A stretch of 64,000 nucleotides of DNA, from positions 33,046,001-33,110,000 of the forward strand of contig OZ249436.1 of NCBI GenBank assembly GCA_965235115.1. Reading direction: 5' to 3'. Shown piece by piece: positions 46,340 through 61,300 of this stretch. This DNA is from Laetmonice hystrix (Eukaryota). The notes beneath the pieces are model-generated. The model ran no database searches and had not been told where the DNA came from. It was given only the letters and a program-made list of their open reading frames with translations. Each line of letters opens with the position of its first letter. Positions within the stretch are counted from its first letter, which is position 1. A program made the translations under genes and the position numbers.

Positions 46340-49300
46340 CTACAACCAGGATCCCATCTCCTTCTCAATGATTCCGGCGGCGTCCATACGACCCATGACC
46401 CGGAGAGAGTTCATAAGATCTGTGATTGCCGATTCCTCTCTGTGCCGTGCCTCCCACAGGTCAAGGATGTGTTCGGTGGGGCTCGGCTTGGTGGCAAAGT
46501 AGTTAATATACCTGCAATAACAATATCAGGCAGCATCAGTTAGTATTCGTTTACAATAGGCCTAGATGGAACGCTAAACATTTGAAGAACTCAGTTCAAA
46601 CTCTCTTCTAGTAGGCTAATCCTTCTAGCGCTTTTTCCAGTTTAGTCTTACAGTGTGAAGAAATGTTTCTTTGAAAATGTTGTGGATCGAATATTGTTCA
46701 CTCACCTGTCAACGGACAGTCTTTGTGCTAACATCCTCCAATCATTGCCGCGCATGTTGGGAGGATCTAACAGAGCACACAGGTGTTGTTTGATGTGTAA
46801 TGGCAATCTGTCAAACACACAAAACGTTACAGTTAAACATTGTCTATGTGACACACTTCTCTTAAACTCATACCATGTAATATCATATCAAGTAGATCAA
46901 TGATTGACTAATAAAACCACGACTAAACAGGTTTGTATTTTAAACAAAACTGGACAGTTAATAGTGGCATGTAGTTTAGGTGAAAGATTGCGTATTGTAC
47001 CTGAACACATGTTGCGGTGGTTCTAAAGAAACTACAGAGTTACATGGGCCGGCTTGTGATGTGACTGTTGAATTACGCTGATACATCGGCTTTGACATTA
47101 CTGCAGGACTAGCCAGTTTCTGAAAACAGACAATTCGGGTAAAATCATATGCATGAGAAGGCAAGTAGCAGAAATATCAGAAGATGATCACTTGGCGGGT
47201 CGCGTCGCTCAAACGATCGATCGACCTGCCACCTGGAGGCAAAATCACGTAGCTGTACCGCCCCCTAGCGTTTATTTCGTGCAACATTCAGGAACATATT
47301 GGTTCTCTTGCACGAAGCCGAACATCACTTCTGTTATCTCTTCAGCCCTTTCCACAGTATTCTCGTTCAGTGACGTAGCCACCATAGGGCGTACCAGGCG
47401 TACGCCCCCCCCCCCCGTTTGGTTTTTTTTGCTTGCCAGCATTGTTGAAGACCTTTTTTTTTGCTTGTCAGATTTTCCTTACAAGATTTACGCCCCCCCT
47501 TTCATTCCTGGCTACGTCACTGTCGCTCCTCCATTTATCTCTTTCCGTAACTCCCTTTCTCCTTAAAAAAATCAAGATCATACTTTCTCTAAAACAAAAA
47601 CAAAACCGCTCAATAGGGGCGTATTATAGGCCTCATAGTTTTTGTTAAATTCCTCTCCTTTTGGCTGATAAGACAAACTGCTGAAACCTTCTATTTCCGG
47701 GCAGTAGAAAGTTCCAGCCCGATGACCCCGTGCCGGCCGTGGGTCGATTGGTCGGCTTGCTGGGACTCTGGCCCGGGGTGATGGGACACACCATCCTGTC
47801 CCCCAGCTGACGACTGGCCAGTCGGCTTGCTGGGACTCTGGCCCGGGGTGATGGGACACACCATCCTGTCCACCAGCTGACGACTGGCCAGTCGGCTTGC
47901 TGGGACTCTGGCCCGGGGTGATGGGACACACCATCCTGTCCACCAGCTGACGACTGGCCAGTCGGCTTGCTGGGACTCTGGCCCGGGGTGATGGGACACA
48001 CCATCCTGTCCACCAGCTGACGACTGGCCGGTCGGCTTGCTGGGACTCTGGCCCGGGGTGATGGGACACACCATCCTGTCCCCCAGCTGACGACTGGCCG
48101 GTCGTCTTGCTGGGACTCTGGCCCGGGGTGATGGGACACACCATCCTGTCCCCCAGCTGACGACTGGCCGGTCGGCTTGCTGGGACTCTGGCCCGGGGTG
48201 ATGGGACACACCATCCTGTCCCCCAGCTGACGACTGGCCGGTCGTCTTGCTGGGACTCTGGCCCGGGGTGATGGGACACACCATCATGTCCCCCAGCTGA
48301 CGACTGGCCGGTCGGCTTGCTGGGACTCTGGCCCGGGGTGATGGGACACACCATCCTGTCCACCAGCTGACGACTGGCCAGTCGGCTTGCTGGGACTCTG
48401 GCCCGGGGTGATGGGACACACCATCCTGTCCCCCAGCTGACGACTGGCCGGTCGTCTTGCTGGGACTCTGGCCCGGGGTGATGGGACACACCATCCTGTC
48501 CCCCAGCTGACGACTGGCCGGTCGGCTTGCTGGGACTCTGGCCCGGGGTGATGGGACACACCATCATGTCCACCAGCTGACGACTGGCCAGTCGGCTTGC
48601 TGGGACTCTGGCCCGGGGTGATGGGACACACCATCCAGTCCACCAGCTGACGACTGGCCAGTCGGCTTGCTGGGACTCTGGCCCGGGGTGATGGGACACA
48701 CCATCATGTCCACCAGCTGACGACTGGCCAGTCGGCTTGCTGGGACTCTGGCCCGGGGTGATGGGACACACCATCCTGTCCCCCAGCTGACGACTGGCCA
48801 GTCGGCTTGCTGGGACTCTGGCCCGGGGTGATGGGACACACCATCCTGTCCCCCAGCTGACGACCACAGCGGTTCTGTGATGGTATCAGCGTGAAGTCCC
48901 AGGATGACAGTAGGCCTAATTCAGGTGTCCCTGTGTGATGGACTGGTTGGGGACAGTGACAGCATGGACGGGGCGGCGGCTTTAATAGTGCACACCTGCC
49001 CACTAGGGTGACACTCGGTACAACCCCCGCCCCCACACCCCTAACCCTCATGAACACATACCGGCCGGTCGGGGTGCATACTTCCCCAGGCCTACTAACG
49101 TGGAACTGGCAAACAGTTGGAGCGCATCAAGACAGAGATGAATGGCTCGCCAGGCACACTGTGAGTCGTTGTTATAGTGGAGGTCTGCTCGCGAAGGTAA
49201 CATCTATGGTTATAGTCCCAGCATGACCTGACCTCCTCAATGATTTGTTGTACCTGAGGCACGTGTTTCACCCTGTGTATACATTACACTGTGAGTCGTT

Positions 49301-52300
49301 GTTATAGTGGAGGTCTGCTCGCGGAGGTAACATCTATGGTTATAGTCCCAGCATGACCTGCTCGCGGAGGTAACATCTATGGTTATGGTCCCAGCATGAC
49401 CTGACCTCCTCAATGATTTGTTGTACCTGAGGCACGTGTTTCACTATGTGTATACATTACACTGTGAGTGGTTGTTATAGTGGAGGTCTGCTCGCGGAGG
49501 TAACATCTATGGTTATAGTCCCAGCATGACCTGACCTCCTCAATGATTTGTTGTACCTGAGGCACGTGTTTCACTATGTGTATACATTACACTGTGAGTG
49601 GTTGTTATAGTGGAGGTCTGCTCGCGGAGGTAACATCTATGGTTATAGTCCCAGCATGACCTGACCTCCTCAATGATTTGTTGTACCTGAGGCACGTGTT
49701 TCACTATGTGTATACATTACACTGTGAGTCGTTGTTATAGTGGAGGTCTGCTCGCGGAGGTAACATCTATGGTTATAGTCCAAGCATGACCTGACCTCCT
49801 CAATGATTTGTTGTACCTGAGGCACGTGTTTCACCCTGTTTATACATTACAGGCGGTTTCAGTGCCACAGCGGCCTAATAGTGGCAATAACAACGAACAT
49901 CTTCGACATCATCTGTATTTTCCACATGTGCTCATAGGCCAATGCCCTTCATTGAGATAAATCGCTTTAAAAAGCCATTAAAAACTGAACGAGAATTGTA
50001 TGTCAACAAGAAATGTCAAACGTCACGGCTTTGAGTCAACTTTTATCTTTTAGCACAATATAATTTGATAGCCTCCATGGAGGTAATCGAGACCATTCGT
50101 TCCCTGATCCAGGTGGGGCCGAGCTACTATTTCATTACTGATAAGGACCACGCAACGACGATATATTTATAGGGTGTTAACAAATGTATCCCCGCCCTCC
50201 CTCAAGAAATATACATATTGCTCAGTACTTTCTTAGACCTGAACAGTCTTGAGATCAGATACAGGGGCCTCTATTCACATATAAATACCTGTCTCTACGT
50301 CTCTAAATACACACACTGTTTGAGAGGAGAAACTGTTCGCAGCTGACTGCCTACAGATAAGGGTTCTCAACGGGAGCGGTGTATCCTCAATATGTCAACT
50401 TTTACAGGAGTCACCTTCCTATAAATATTCAGGAGCGGACCTCAATGGCCGGTCACTATGGGAGACGTTCAATGTACCGGCGGTATAGGTCAGGACTGGA
50501 GGGTCAGCCTGACCGTCCTGCCCGCTGAAGGACTGCTCAGTGGACAATACAAGCAGACGATGGGTATCTTTACTTCAACTCAACCAAAGCCTCTCTCCTC
50601 CTAATCTACCCTCCCCAATCTTACCATTTATTTCACCGACACTTTAAACCTATATCTCCACCCATTTTACTACTGTTCTTCCTGACATGAAACGACTGAC
50701 AGGTTGCTGTGCTAGGCCGTAAATCAGACTGTAGATTCTAACCATGCACCTGCACAGTGATTGTACAGGTGAACCCCGAACAGTTACGTTTCAGGTGTAA
50801 TCTTTGGATTCTCAGGTATCGAGCCCAGACTACCACCGGGTGACCCGTTCATAACGATATCACCCACACAGTGCTGTGAATGGATGACCACCGGAGAATC
50901 CAGACTATAAGATCATTACTCAGTGCAGAACATTATCTCGGAACACGTGTGTTTCAAACTCTCAACAATAAGCCAGTAAACTGCCACCACACACAGTAAC
51001 TTACGGACTTATCGGAATAACCTTTGACCGTGCGCTGGAACAAGCTCGATCATTTCAACTCCCATCGAATCAAAGCTCTACAATAGAATCCTCCTCCCGA
51101 CATATTCCCCCACAGCGGCCCACCTGTTCTATACCTTATCACATGCACAGAGATCGCCAGTCTCTACTGGCCACCGCGTCATTCAGTAAATCACTGGCAT
51201 CCTTCACTGCCGATCATTATCACCGGCCGCCGGTGACAACCCCAGACTCGTCACTGTAACCCGATCCGCAAGGGTTGGGTGGGGTGGGGGGACTGACTAC
51301 CGGCGATTGGTAACTCTACGGGTTCCACCCCTTCATCATTTACCTATCACCATCCGTCCCCACCGAAACTCAGGACATACAGTCTATAGACATATAGTAT
51401 GTGTCGACATATATGCCGACATATGTAAGAGTTTTCAGCTTATACCAAGGAAGTTATCTTTGTCTGCGCCTGCTGCCCTGACTCCGTGGGTCTATAATGA
51501 TATATCGGTATGACATTAAGCTACGCTGGACAAATAAAATTGATTTATTTGCACCATTAAATCCAGTCAGAACACAGGTTGTTTGTTGGACATGGTCATT
51601 TACCCACAATAAGTGTATTATCAGCTAGGACCGCGTGTATCTCATGTAGCCTGCAGGAAAACATTTACATCTCAACCGGCCGTGGCCCTGTCTCAGTGAA
51701 CTCGATTGTCAGTGTGAAAACCTTTGCTAACCTCTAATTTACACACACTGTTCGAACTCTGGCAACCTGCCATACGATCGACGTGCAACATATGCCAACA
51801 CAAAAGAGTAATTATCATGGAAAAACCTTATAGTGTGACGTCCATATGTGAAGGCTATACCGTGTGAAAAAAATATACATGAAAAATAATTTAAAAAAGT
51901 ATCTTAGTCTTGCCGTGAATGACAATTATATGAATGCAGCTTACCTCTTTGAGATTAGCACTGATTGTGAGGACTTGTCTATTGGCAAGTAACGATTTTT
52001 GGAACACGTGGATGTTACAGCTCAGCCGTTGTTGACTCCGCTCAATGTGCTCCAAGGCAAACGAACAGTGCAAGCCGTTTTGTGTACCACTCCATATATG
52101 TCGGAAAGGAATTTCCTGCAAAACAAGAAGTCAATGTGCGAGGTTGAGTTAGGTTATCAGGATTGGCAGATAGGTGAATACTAAATATTCTACGTAATAA
52201 ATGCGTGAAGGTTCACTGTGACAGATAGGTGAATACCAAATATTCTATGTAATAAATGTGTGAAGGTTCACTCTGACAGATAGGTGAATACCAAATATTC

Positions 52301-55300
52301 TATACGTAATAAATGTGTGAAGGTTCACTCTGACAGATAGGTGAATACCAGATATTCTACGTAATACATGTGTTAAGGTTCACTGTGACAGATAGGTGAA
52401 TACCAGATATTCTACGTAATACATGTGTTAAGGTTCACTGTGACAGATAGGTGAATACCAAATATTCTACGTAATAAATGTGTGAAGGTTCACTGTGACA
52501 GATAGGTGAATACCAAATATTCTATACGTAATAAATGTGTTAAGGTTCACTGTGACAGATAGGTGAATACCAAATATTCTACGTAATAAATGTGTGACGG
52601 TTCACTGTGACAGATAGGTGAATACCAAATATTCTATACGTAATAAATGTGTTAAGGTTCACTGTGATTCACCGTTTATAAATTATTAGGTCATTGGTTG
52701 AAGGCGCCCTTTGTACAATAACAGAAACGACAATTTAACTCTTGTGAAGCAACTTTGAATATTATAACCGCAAATATCACGGGAAAAGATTCGTTAAAAC
52801 GTGTCCAACAGACGAAAGTGGTCAAAGATTTCGTCGTTTTGTTGGGTAGGTGATAAATCATAGATATACAAGTAGGACTGTATAGACCACGGAGTCCATT
52901 AAATACATCCTTATGGACCATTAAGTAGTGTAGATTATGTCCATCTGACAGAGGACTTGCCCAGTCGGATGTGTCAGTCTGTCAGCTGTCCCTCACAGGC
53001 CCTCCTCACCCGTACCCTCCACTGATCCACCATGTGCCCCAACTCTCCACCCCATGACAGCCCCACACCGGGTCCGGCCGCCCTGACAGCGAGGGGTCCA
53101 CGGCCGCCGCCATTTTTCATGATTATCCCCTATAAATTACTGCCTCCATGGTGTGTCAGTAGAGGGGGGTGGGGAGAAACAGGTATGCCACGACCGCCAC
53201 CCCACCCGCGCTCAGACATCACTCCACAGCTGTGAGCCCTGCCGACTGATGACTTCAGAAGTGGCCCTTGATACGGCCAGATTTCATCGGCCACGACGGC
53301 CAATAATTGGCCAAACGACCAGCAGGGGGCGCGATCGGGCAGTCAGGTTGGACACAGGTGTAGACACGGCGGGGGCACCCCTCCCACAACCTCACCCCCG
53401 CCCCCTAGCGACGGAGGTGGGAGGTGAGGTGCGGGGCGGGTCGGACTCTGGGGATGGCCGGTAGATGGCGTGTGAGGGAGGAACGCTGCCCGTCACATCA
53501 GTGGGCCCGCCTGGCGTGTCACCGGTCAGTCACACTTCATTTCGAGCCCCGCACACCTGGCCTGTGTCAATGTTTACAGTACGTTCTCAGCCGGACCCTT
53601 CACGGAGCTAATCTGTCATTATCACCTCAGAGTCTACAACTCGGTATACAACAATACCCGATACAAACTGACTACTCCCATTTCCTACTAAACCCCTACT
53701 GCTCATATAATAAATCAACCTCCTTGCTATTTGAAAATATGTGGGTCCCAATTGGTACACCTGGTACACGTTGAGGAGTTACATGGTGTGTTTCAGACGT
53801 GTTTGAATCCGGTGGGCTCTAGCACCAGGTTAGCTGGGGTGTAGTCCGTGTTGACGTCTCGGTTAGTGAGTGGGGGATGGGAAGAGACTGACCTGAACGA
53901 GTCAGTACTCAACCTTTTACTGTGTGTGTATCAGACGTGTTTGAATCCGGTGGGCTCTGGTACCAGGTTAGCTGGGGTGTAGTCCGTGTTGGACGTCTCG
54001 GTTAGTGAGTGGGGGATGGGAAGAGACTAACCTGAACGAGTCAGTACTCAACATTTTACTTAGTTATAAATCTGACATGGTGCTTCACCAACATCTCGAA
54101 AGGTTTTTCTGATCTGGACAAATTTCATCAAGTCTTAGAAAGCATATTTGTATATGATTGGTCTACTTTAGATAGCTATCAAAACAGTGTCTCTGGTTTA
54201 ACCATATTATTTTGAACTTAGTAGCTACAGAATAAATGTGCACCCCCCCCCCCCCTGCCGCCAATGATTCGCCCTCGGTCGGTATATCACAGATCACGGA
54301 GCAGTGTATAAAGCCAGTACTCCATTGACACCATTGCTGGTTTCTGTCCGCCGTGACATACAAAGTGGAAGTAGATTTGATTTATGCGTGCGTCTAGCCC
54401 TAGCAGACCCCTTGTTGTGTACGTAACCTCTGACCCTGCTGCCCTCCCTCATTATCCTTCCTCCTTCCATCAATCTTGTGTCTGACCACGGAGCAGTGTC
54501 ATGTGTTATTTTCTTTTTCTTGTCCTTCTTTTTCAATCCGTCAACAAGACAAAAGAAACGTGGCAATCACCAAGCTCGGCCCCAACTCTCCTTACTCAAC
54601 AGGTTTTATTCACTTTTTATTCTGAACTGCGAACAAAGATGTTAAATGCGGTCACAATAAATTTTACATTATTTCAACCAATTCTTTCCCACTACAAGCA
54701 ATGTGTACCAGCATTCACGGTACTGTCCGGGTACTTTACTACACAACTGGTGTCTTTAACTTAGTGGTCTAACATAATAAACAATACATCACATAACCCA
54801 ACAAAGTTAACCAGCACGTCCCTAACTTTCAACCACTGATTTATCTTCTACATGTTCTACTGACGGAGGGGCCATGAATTTCAGATTACCGAGCAGAGTG
54901 ACTGACCGCTCGCCTTCCTTTATCCTGGACTGAGTGAAACTAGTGCAGCCTACTGACAGGATTCCCGTCGAGTAGATGATCCAAGGGCAGGTGCCCGGAG
55001 GTTGGTCCCTGTACGATCAGAGGGTAGTGAGGGCAGCCTTCATCTGGATGCGGGCCCCCCAACCCCTGGCTGTCATTCTGAGGCCCCCTCCTGGTGTCAT
55101 TACACGCCACTATCTACATAATGACAGCTCCCTACAGGGCACCCTGCTCGCTATACCAACACCAGCCGCAGGGTGGTGGGGCGGGGGGGGGGTCGTCCCG
55201 AGGGGGTGGAAATCATAAATCCTACTCGACTCTAGCAATCTTTACAAATACATGGATTTTTAAAAAAAAAGATTGGATCTCCAACCCGTGCAATGTGAAA

Positions 55301-58300
55301 GTGTGAAAGGCTTCATATGAATACCTTCACATAGAAATAAAGGTCTGATGACATTAGAAATCCCTGCAGTCACATGATGTCATACTGGTGCAGGTCAACA
55401 GAGTGTCCTCTCCCTGTGACAGGCAGCACCCCACCACCACCACCACCACCATCCGGGACCTGTCACCTGTCTCCTTCAGGCCAACGTTCTGCTCTACATA
55501 ACATGACCACCTGAGAACCCCCCCCCCCCCCCTCCATCACTCACCCACCCATGGCCACAGAATCCCCGCGGGGCCCCGAAATTATCCCTCTCCCGCATAC
55601 ATACATAAACGCCCCCCAAAGTTGGCCTAGCTGATTGGAGAGCACCTCAGCAGTTTTATACTCCCCCTCCTCAATCAGTTCTGTTTATATATACCTACTG
55701 GGGAAGGCTGGCCCGGCCCGGCCCCCCTTACCCAACCGGCGGCCACGCTCACCTCGGGCCATATCCGTGCGCCAGCCATACTCTACCCGTGCCTCTTTGA
55801 TGAACTCTCTCAAATTGCTTGCTGTCAGTTTAGCAAAGCAAACTTATGCCGACCACCCTTCAGTGACGTGCCCCGACTCAGCCTGATGACCGTGTTACTA
55901 AACTACAGCTGCATCTCAAGAATTCACAAGCTGCATCTCAAGAATTCACAAACAATCGACTTTTCACTTGTTGGTTCAAAAATGCATGTAGGCCTAACAC
56001 CACAGAAATGTCTTCTTAGTTTTAGAATTCCATGTAACCAGAAAAAAACATATCCAAACAAATTTGAATCTAATGCACACAAAAAAAAACATCAATTAGC
56101 TTTGCCCCCCCCCCCCCGCAAGCTAAAGTCCTTCCAGCAAAGTACGAAATTCAATGTTTCTTGGACTAATTACTTCCCCAAAATTCTAAAATTCCATTTC
56201 CTGGAATTCAGCAAGAAAATAAGTACATGAAACTAGGGTTCAAGGGAGAATCTTGTTGCTCCAAGTTTCACATAGCAAGTAGTTGTGAGGAGTTGGGTTG
56301 GGGGTGAGGGGACCAACATCTTGCCAGAGCTTGACTCACCTGGTAATTAGCCTGCAGTTTGCTCCGCCAGCCAGGACCTAGCTCCTCAATGGTCAGGCAG
56401 AGGTTGCCTCCAGCAAACTGGAACAAGATCTGCTTCGGTTTGTCGAGTAACCGGCCGCCCAGCTTACGTTCCACCTGCATCACGCCCTGCAACGAGGAAA
56501 TCGTCCGTTAGCGATTACTCCTAACGACAAAACAACGAGTTCGAATACCCGCAGTTATAGGTAACAACACGCTTGGTCAAAGTCCCTCTCACGTCTAAAA
56601 ATCGTTTTAGGAGAACCTAACAACATATTCAATTCTTTATTCCAGGTATAACCATAACATTAAGTTCCATCTGAGTCACTCCAGTAAAGTAACGTGAATG
56701 AATGAATGAATGAATGAATGAATGAATAAATGAATGCTTATTGAACTCACATGTTAGTTCAATAGTGCTATATCAATAGTGCTATATCTGATATCACATG
56801 TAACAACCAATCAAGTAGTAGTGATACTTCAAGTTTACATTTCTAGTGTATGACCGAAAGATATTACAAACATTTCCACACCCGTTGGTTTAGAATCACG
56901 CCCCTCAGCTCGGCTCACAAACAAAGGAAGCCTCTTTAATTTACCGGACGGCAGAGACAGCGTGAGACGTTGTCAAGCGGCAGGCTGAAGTCGACGGACA
57001 TGAGTTGTCATCGCCAACAATTGAAACCACATGGAGGGATCTCCAAGAGTCATCCCTGACTATCATAATTGATGTCAGCCATTAGACCTACCGGCTCGTA
57101 ATTAAACTGCCAGACCTGAGCCTCCCTGCCCAAAAATCTTCCAACTAGAAAGATGGCTCCCCTCGATAACCGTGACCACAGACAAAGCAGTCAATTCGGC
57201 CCTGACTTGTGGCCCACTTTGGAGAGTTACCCTTGCATTAAGATAATGTCTCGGTGTCTCTGGGTACTCTACGTCAGAGTAAGTAGGGTGGCGGGTCGTA
57301 TATACACCAGCGTGGGAGTGGGACTACCATGGGGCAAGCATAAATCAAGCAGGAAAAATAGTTCGTTACTTTTCACTTTCACGGGAACCGAGTACATTTA
57401 AGAGAAAAACACACTAACTGTTTGGTTTTAAAAATAAAATATGTTGCTTGAAAACAAATGTGCTGTATGAAAAACAAAAGCTGTGAGGGGGTTTTGAAGG
57501 TCCATGAACTGCAGTTGGAGGCGTAGGTCTGCTGGGGACAATGAGAGCAGGCGAGTCAACTGAAGTGGTCTCACGAAGGTACCTTTTGAAAGGTATCATG
57601 TTTCACCATTGTTACCTGTGCGGGTAGAGGGGTGGGTTTACTCGACCGTCCGTGGTGCTTGCCGAATGTCATCCACCCACACAATGTAAGCCTGGACCCG
57701 GCGCCCGCCCGCCCGCCCGCTACGGACCCCCACCTCCCGGGTCACGGTCCCACCCACCCCCGCCACATGATGGCTGTATCAATGGCTGGACCCCCGTAAT
57801 CAATGAACACGGCGTGGTTCATAGACACATGCCTGGCCCCGATCATGTTCCCCACCCCCTCCCTCAATCTCTGGCTCTGGTGACGCCTGCCACTGGCAGT
57901 GACCGTTGACAAGGCCGACGACGTTGACAACGGACTCGGTGACGATCTCTCAGCGAGCGCCACATGTCTGTTGGTAATTAACGGCCGGGATGAAAACAGG
58001 GACTGGGACCTGACCTGACGGCAGCCTCGGTGAGCCAGGACCCTGGGTCCTCACTTCAACTAGGTGAAGGGTCCTCCGGGTAAAGGTGTCCTACAACTCT
58101 GGTGGAACAACTCAGAAAGCTTACCACGACTTTTAGTTTGTAGTAGTGCCGAATATTCAGCTGCGTATAGTCAAAATATAAAAGCAAATTCGGCGGAATA
58201 CAAATCCTGAACTTTTAAACCATTTGTAAACAAATAATATTTTAGATGTCATTAAAACTGACAAAATTCCAAAAGGCACATTGACGTGTCAATGCAATCA

Positions 58301-61300
58301 ATACCATTATAATTTTCTTTCTCATAGGATCTACTTCAGTGAAACACTTTTTTACCACTTTCATTAAAACGGTGAGGTTTGTCAAGCCTCTCTTGCCACC
58401 TCACTTGACCGATCACTATGAAATGATCCAGGGTCTGCTCTCACAATTACCACGTCCACGACACTGGACCCTCTAGAACTGACCTCCCCGGTCCAACGTG
58501 TACGTTCACGTCAGGCGGCTCAGGAATAGAGAGATAGAGACGCCGTGTCTGTCGGAAACTTTACTCCACTGTCAGCGACACTACCGCCTCACCCATGGAG
58601 ACACACAGCATGGGTCGGGTTCTCCCGTCAACAACATCAATATACGACGAACAGACCGAGGATCACAACATGATAATTCCCATCACTAAAAGTGTTCAGG
58701 AAACCTTTGTTATAGGTCCCGGGTTGGATTACCTATAGTGGACCAGGAGTGGTCTACATGAATAGATCATTTCCAATCTCAGGTTTCATATATACATTGT
58801 GTACATGCACACATGTACCTTTACTGGACGAAACATGACCCAACCATTATCGCACGGGTAAACATTACAAAAACTGACTCAGGGAATGGATTTACGAATT
58901 ATAAGTAATAATTGTATGACCTAGACTCCTGTTATTGTATACATCAACTACCGAGAGGTTAGTGCTCTCAATAATTACACCACCGAGTCAGGAAGTAGGC
59001 CTATCACCGGTTACTCGCACACAACTGCTCGCCAGGCCGCTTTAGTTCCCACCATTCACACCAGAGGTCACTGACGAGTTAGGAATTGGACAAAGCGGAA
59101 CCTCTCTGTTCACAGCTATCGCCACATGGCTTCAATGTGGTCAACAGACCATTGAGTTCACTAGGCAGCAAGGATCCCTTCATACTTTGAACCAGTGTCA
59201 CTAAAAATTTCCCGGGTATGTCCAAAATCCCAATGAAATCAGACGCTATAACAAAGGTACCAGCTGACTTACCTCAAGAGCGTTTTGGTTGTCCTCCACA
59301 AAGTACACCCTGATGTTGTAGTCAATGGAGGACGGGATGGTTGGAGCGAAGGCTGCCAGTCGTAGGATCTTGATGGCCTTGCCACCCATAGCCGGCTCGC
59401 CGATCAGTGTGAAGCGTGACAAGTAGTCGGTCATGATGTGACAATGGTTGAGGTCCATCTGGACATAGACAGGAGTATTAATCGTCTCGTGGCCCAGCGT
59501 GGCAATGGGCTGAAACCAAGCAGGGAGGAGACGAGGTCTCAGTTTTACTGGGCAAAGATTCTCGAGGGGTTTTAGTCTACGCTACTGTAGTTTTTGTACC
59601 ACCATGCCATCAGTACAGCAAATCTATATCTGTATTATAATTACATCCCGGTAATTTGCTTATGCACACATTACAGCAATATGTACTTAAAATTGGTGCA
59701 AGCAAGTTGGAAATTGTTATTTAAAAAGGGCCATGATTTATATGAGATGATAGCACCTCAAAAAAGTAGTAGCGTATTAGTTATGTAAGCCACAATGAAA
59801 GAAAAAATACAACATTCACTCATAATAATTACAAAATATTGCAATTATATCAAACTAGGTCATGCACAGGCTGCAGGTATTGACTAGTCAGGATGCGGGA
59901 TGAAATGTACGTCGTGTAACTATGTCAATAAAATAAAAACAATAGCAGTAGGATTCAGTGCCCCAGCAGATCCAAGGTCGCGGTTATATATCCCGCTTAC
60001 TGATTCCTACAATACAAGACAGTCCGAGCTGACCTCTAACAACTCACTGCTCAGTGCCCAGGCCAGACTAGGGCAAGCCAGGCCAGGCCAGGCCAGGCCA
60101 AGCCAAGCCCCCTGACGGAGGTCATCAGTATCTGTCTTCATCAATGCCGTTTACTCATCCATAGCGCCCGGCCCGGTTCCGATGACAATGTCAACCCGGT
60201 CGGGCCCACATGCAACAATTTATCTGCGTGATATTTCACCCAACCACGGGGTACATTCACCCCCCTCACCCCCCCCCCCCCCCCCTCCTAACACCGGGAG
60301 ACTCTACCGTTCACAATGAAACCGACACCTACACTTGCCACGCTTCCGACAGGTCAATACCTAACAACAACAATACACGGCCGTTTGTTATTCCGGACAC
60401 AAATTAGTTCCTATCCAATTCTTGTAATTTCTTTTCTTATATTTAATCGTTTTCACAACAATGGCTTGATTTTCGCACTGTGCTCGTTGGTATTTTCTGT
60501 TTATAATTTGGTGTTGCGACTCGGCAGTAAATCATGTCTGTTCACTTGACTTGATGTGGTCTGAGTGAGCGGTGTTTACTATAACCCCGAACTGTCCCCA
60601 GTCCGACCCACTCTGTGACCGACTCCCAAGCTGCCATGTACCCCTCCGGGTATGGTAACATATGGAAGCCCATATGGCAAGAGGTGCGATATAGACACAA
60701 TGCTAACACCTGCAGGGGAGCTATATATTAAACAAAAACACATTAACCTTTGATCTTTTCCATATATATAGAGAGTTTGACCTGGGAGGTGTTGTCAAGA
60801 CAACACCCATGCGCACCTCCCGCCCCATGAGTATACTCCTAGGTCATCGGATACTATCCACATGTCATATATAAAAGATCTTTTTAAAAGTTAAAATCTC
60901 ATTTTTCAAACTAACAAGCACTTCAACTGTTTTTATTCTCAAACCAACCGTTGTTGAAATCATTACCCGGTTTCACCCCTCAATGACTGCTTGATACAAG
61001 TTCACTGGTGCACCTAACACTCTTCAAGCCACAGATGTCTTGATTTTTTTTCATATACTTCATACTCCTACAGGAGAAAGCAATTTCTCCACGTTTCCGC
61101 CATTGATAACACATGTCCAGTACTTTTGGATACATAATGTGTGTAATTAACTCAAGTTCTGCTCATGCCCAGACAGCTGCGCAGCAGTAGCAACACAACC
61201 AGACAAACACTGATTGGACGAACAATTGGCCAATCTCTGTGGGGTGCGGACCTGCCCTTATTATTGAAACTTACGAATATGGCGTAATTAGCAACAATTA

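Noticed and set aside
47578-49057. 429-aa and overlapping ORFs in the 70-bp array
   Set aside because: Repeat-derived frames inside a UNC5 intron; the unit length is not a multiple of 3 and the peptides simply cycle.
6441-52667. Any of the tandem arrays as CRISPR arrays
   Set aside because: Units are head-to-tail with no unique spacers, there are no cas genes, and the context is spliceosomal-intron eukaryotic DNA.
54958-55077. 120-nt in-frame cassette exon in the UNC5 UPA intron
   Set aside because: G-rich, weak acceptor, and it would interrupt the conserved NYQ|EIPF junction of the UPA domain.
55753-55821. 69-nt exon-like segment in the same UNC5 intron
   Set aside because: In the required phase 0 it has an immediate TGA. 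A poison exon cannot be supported without RNA data.
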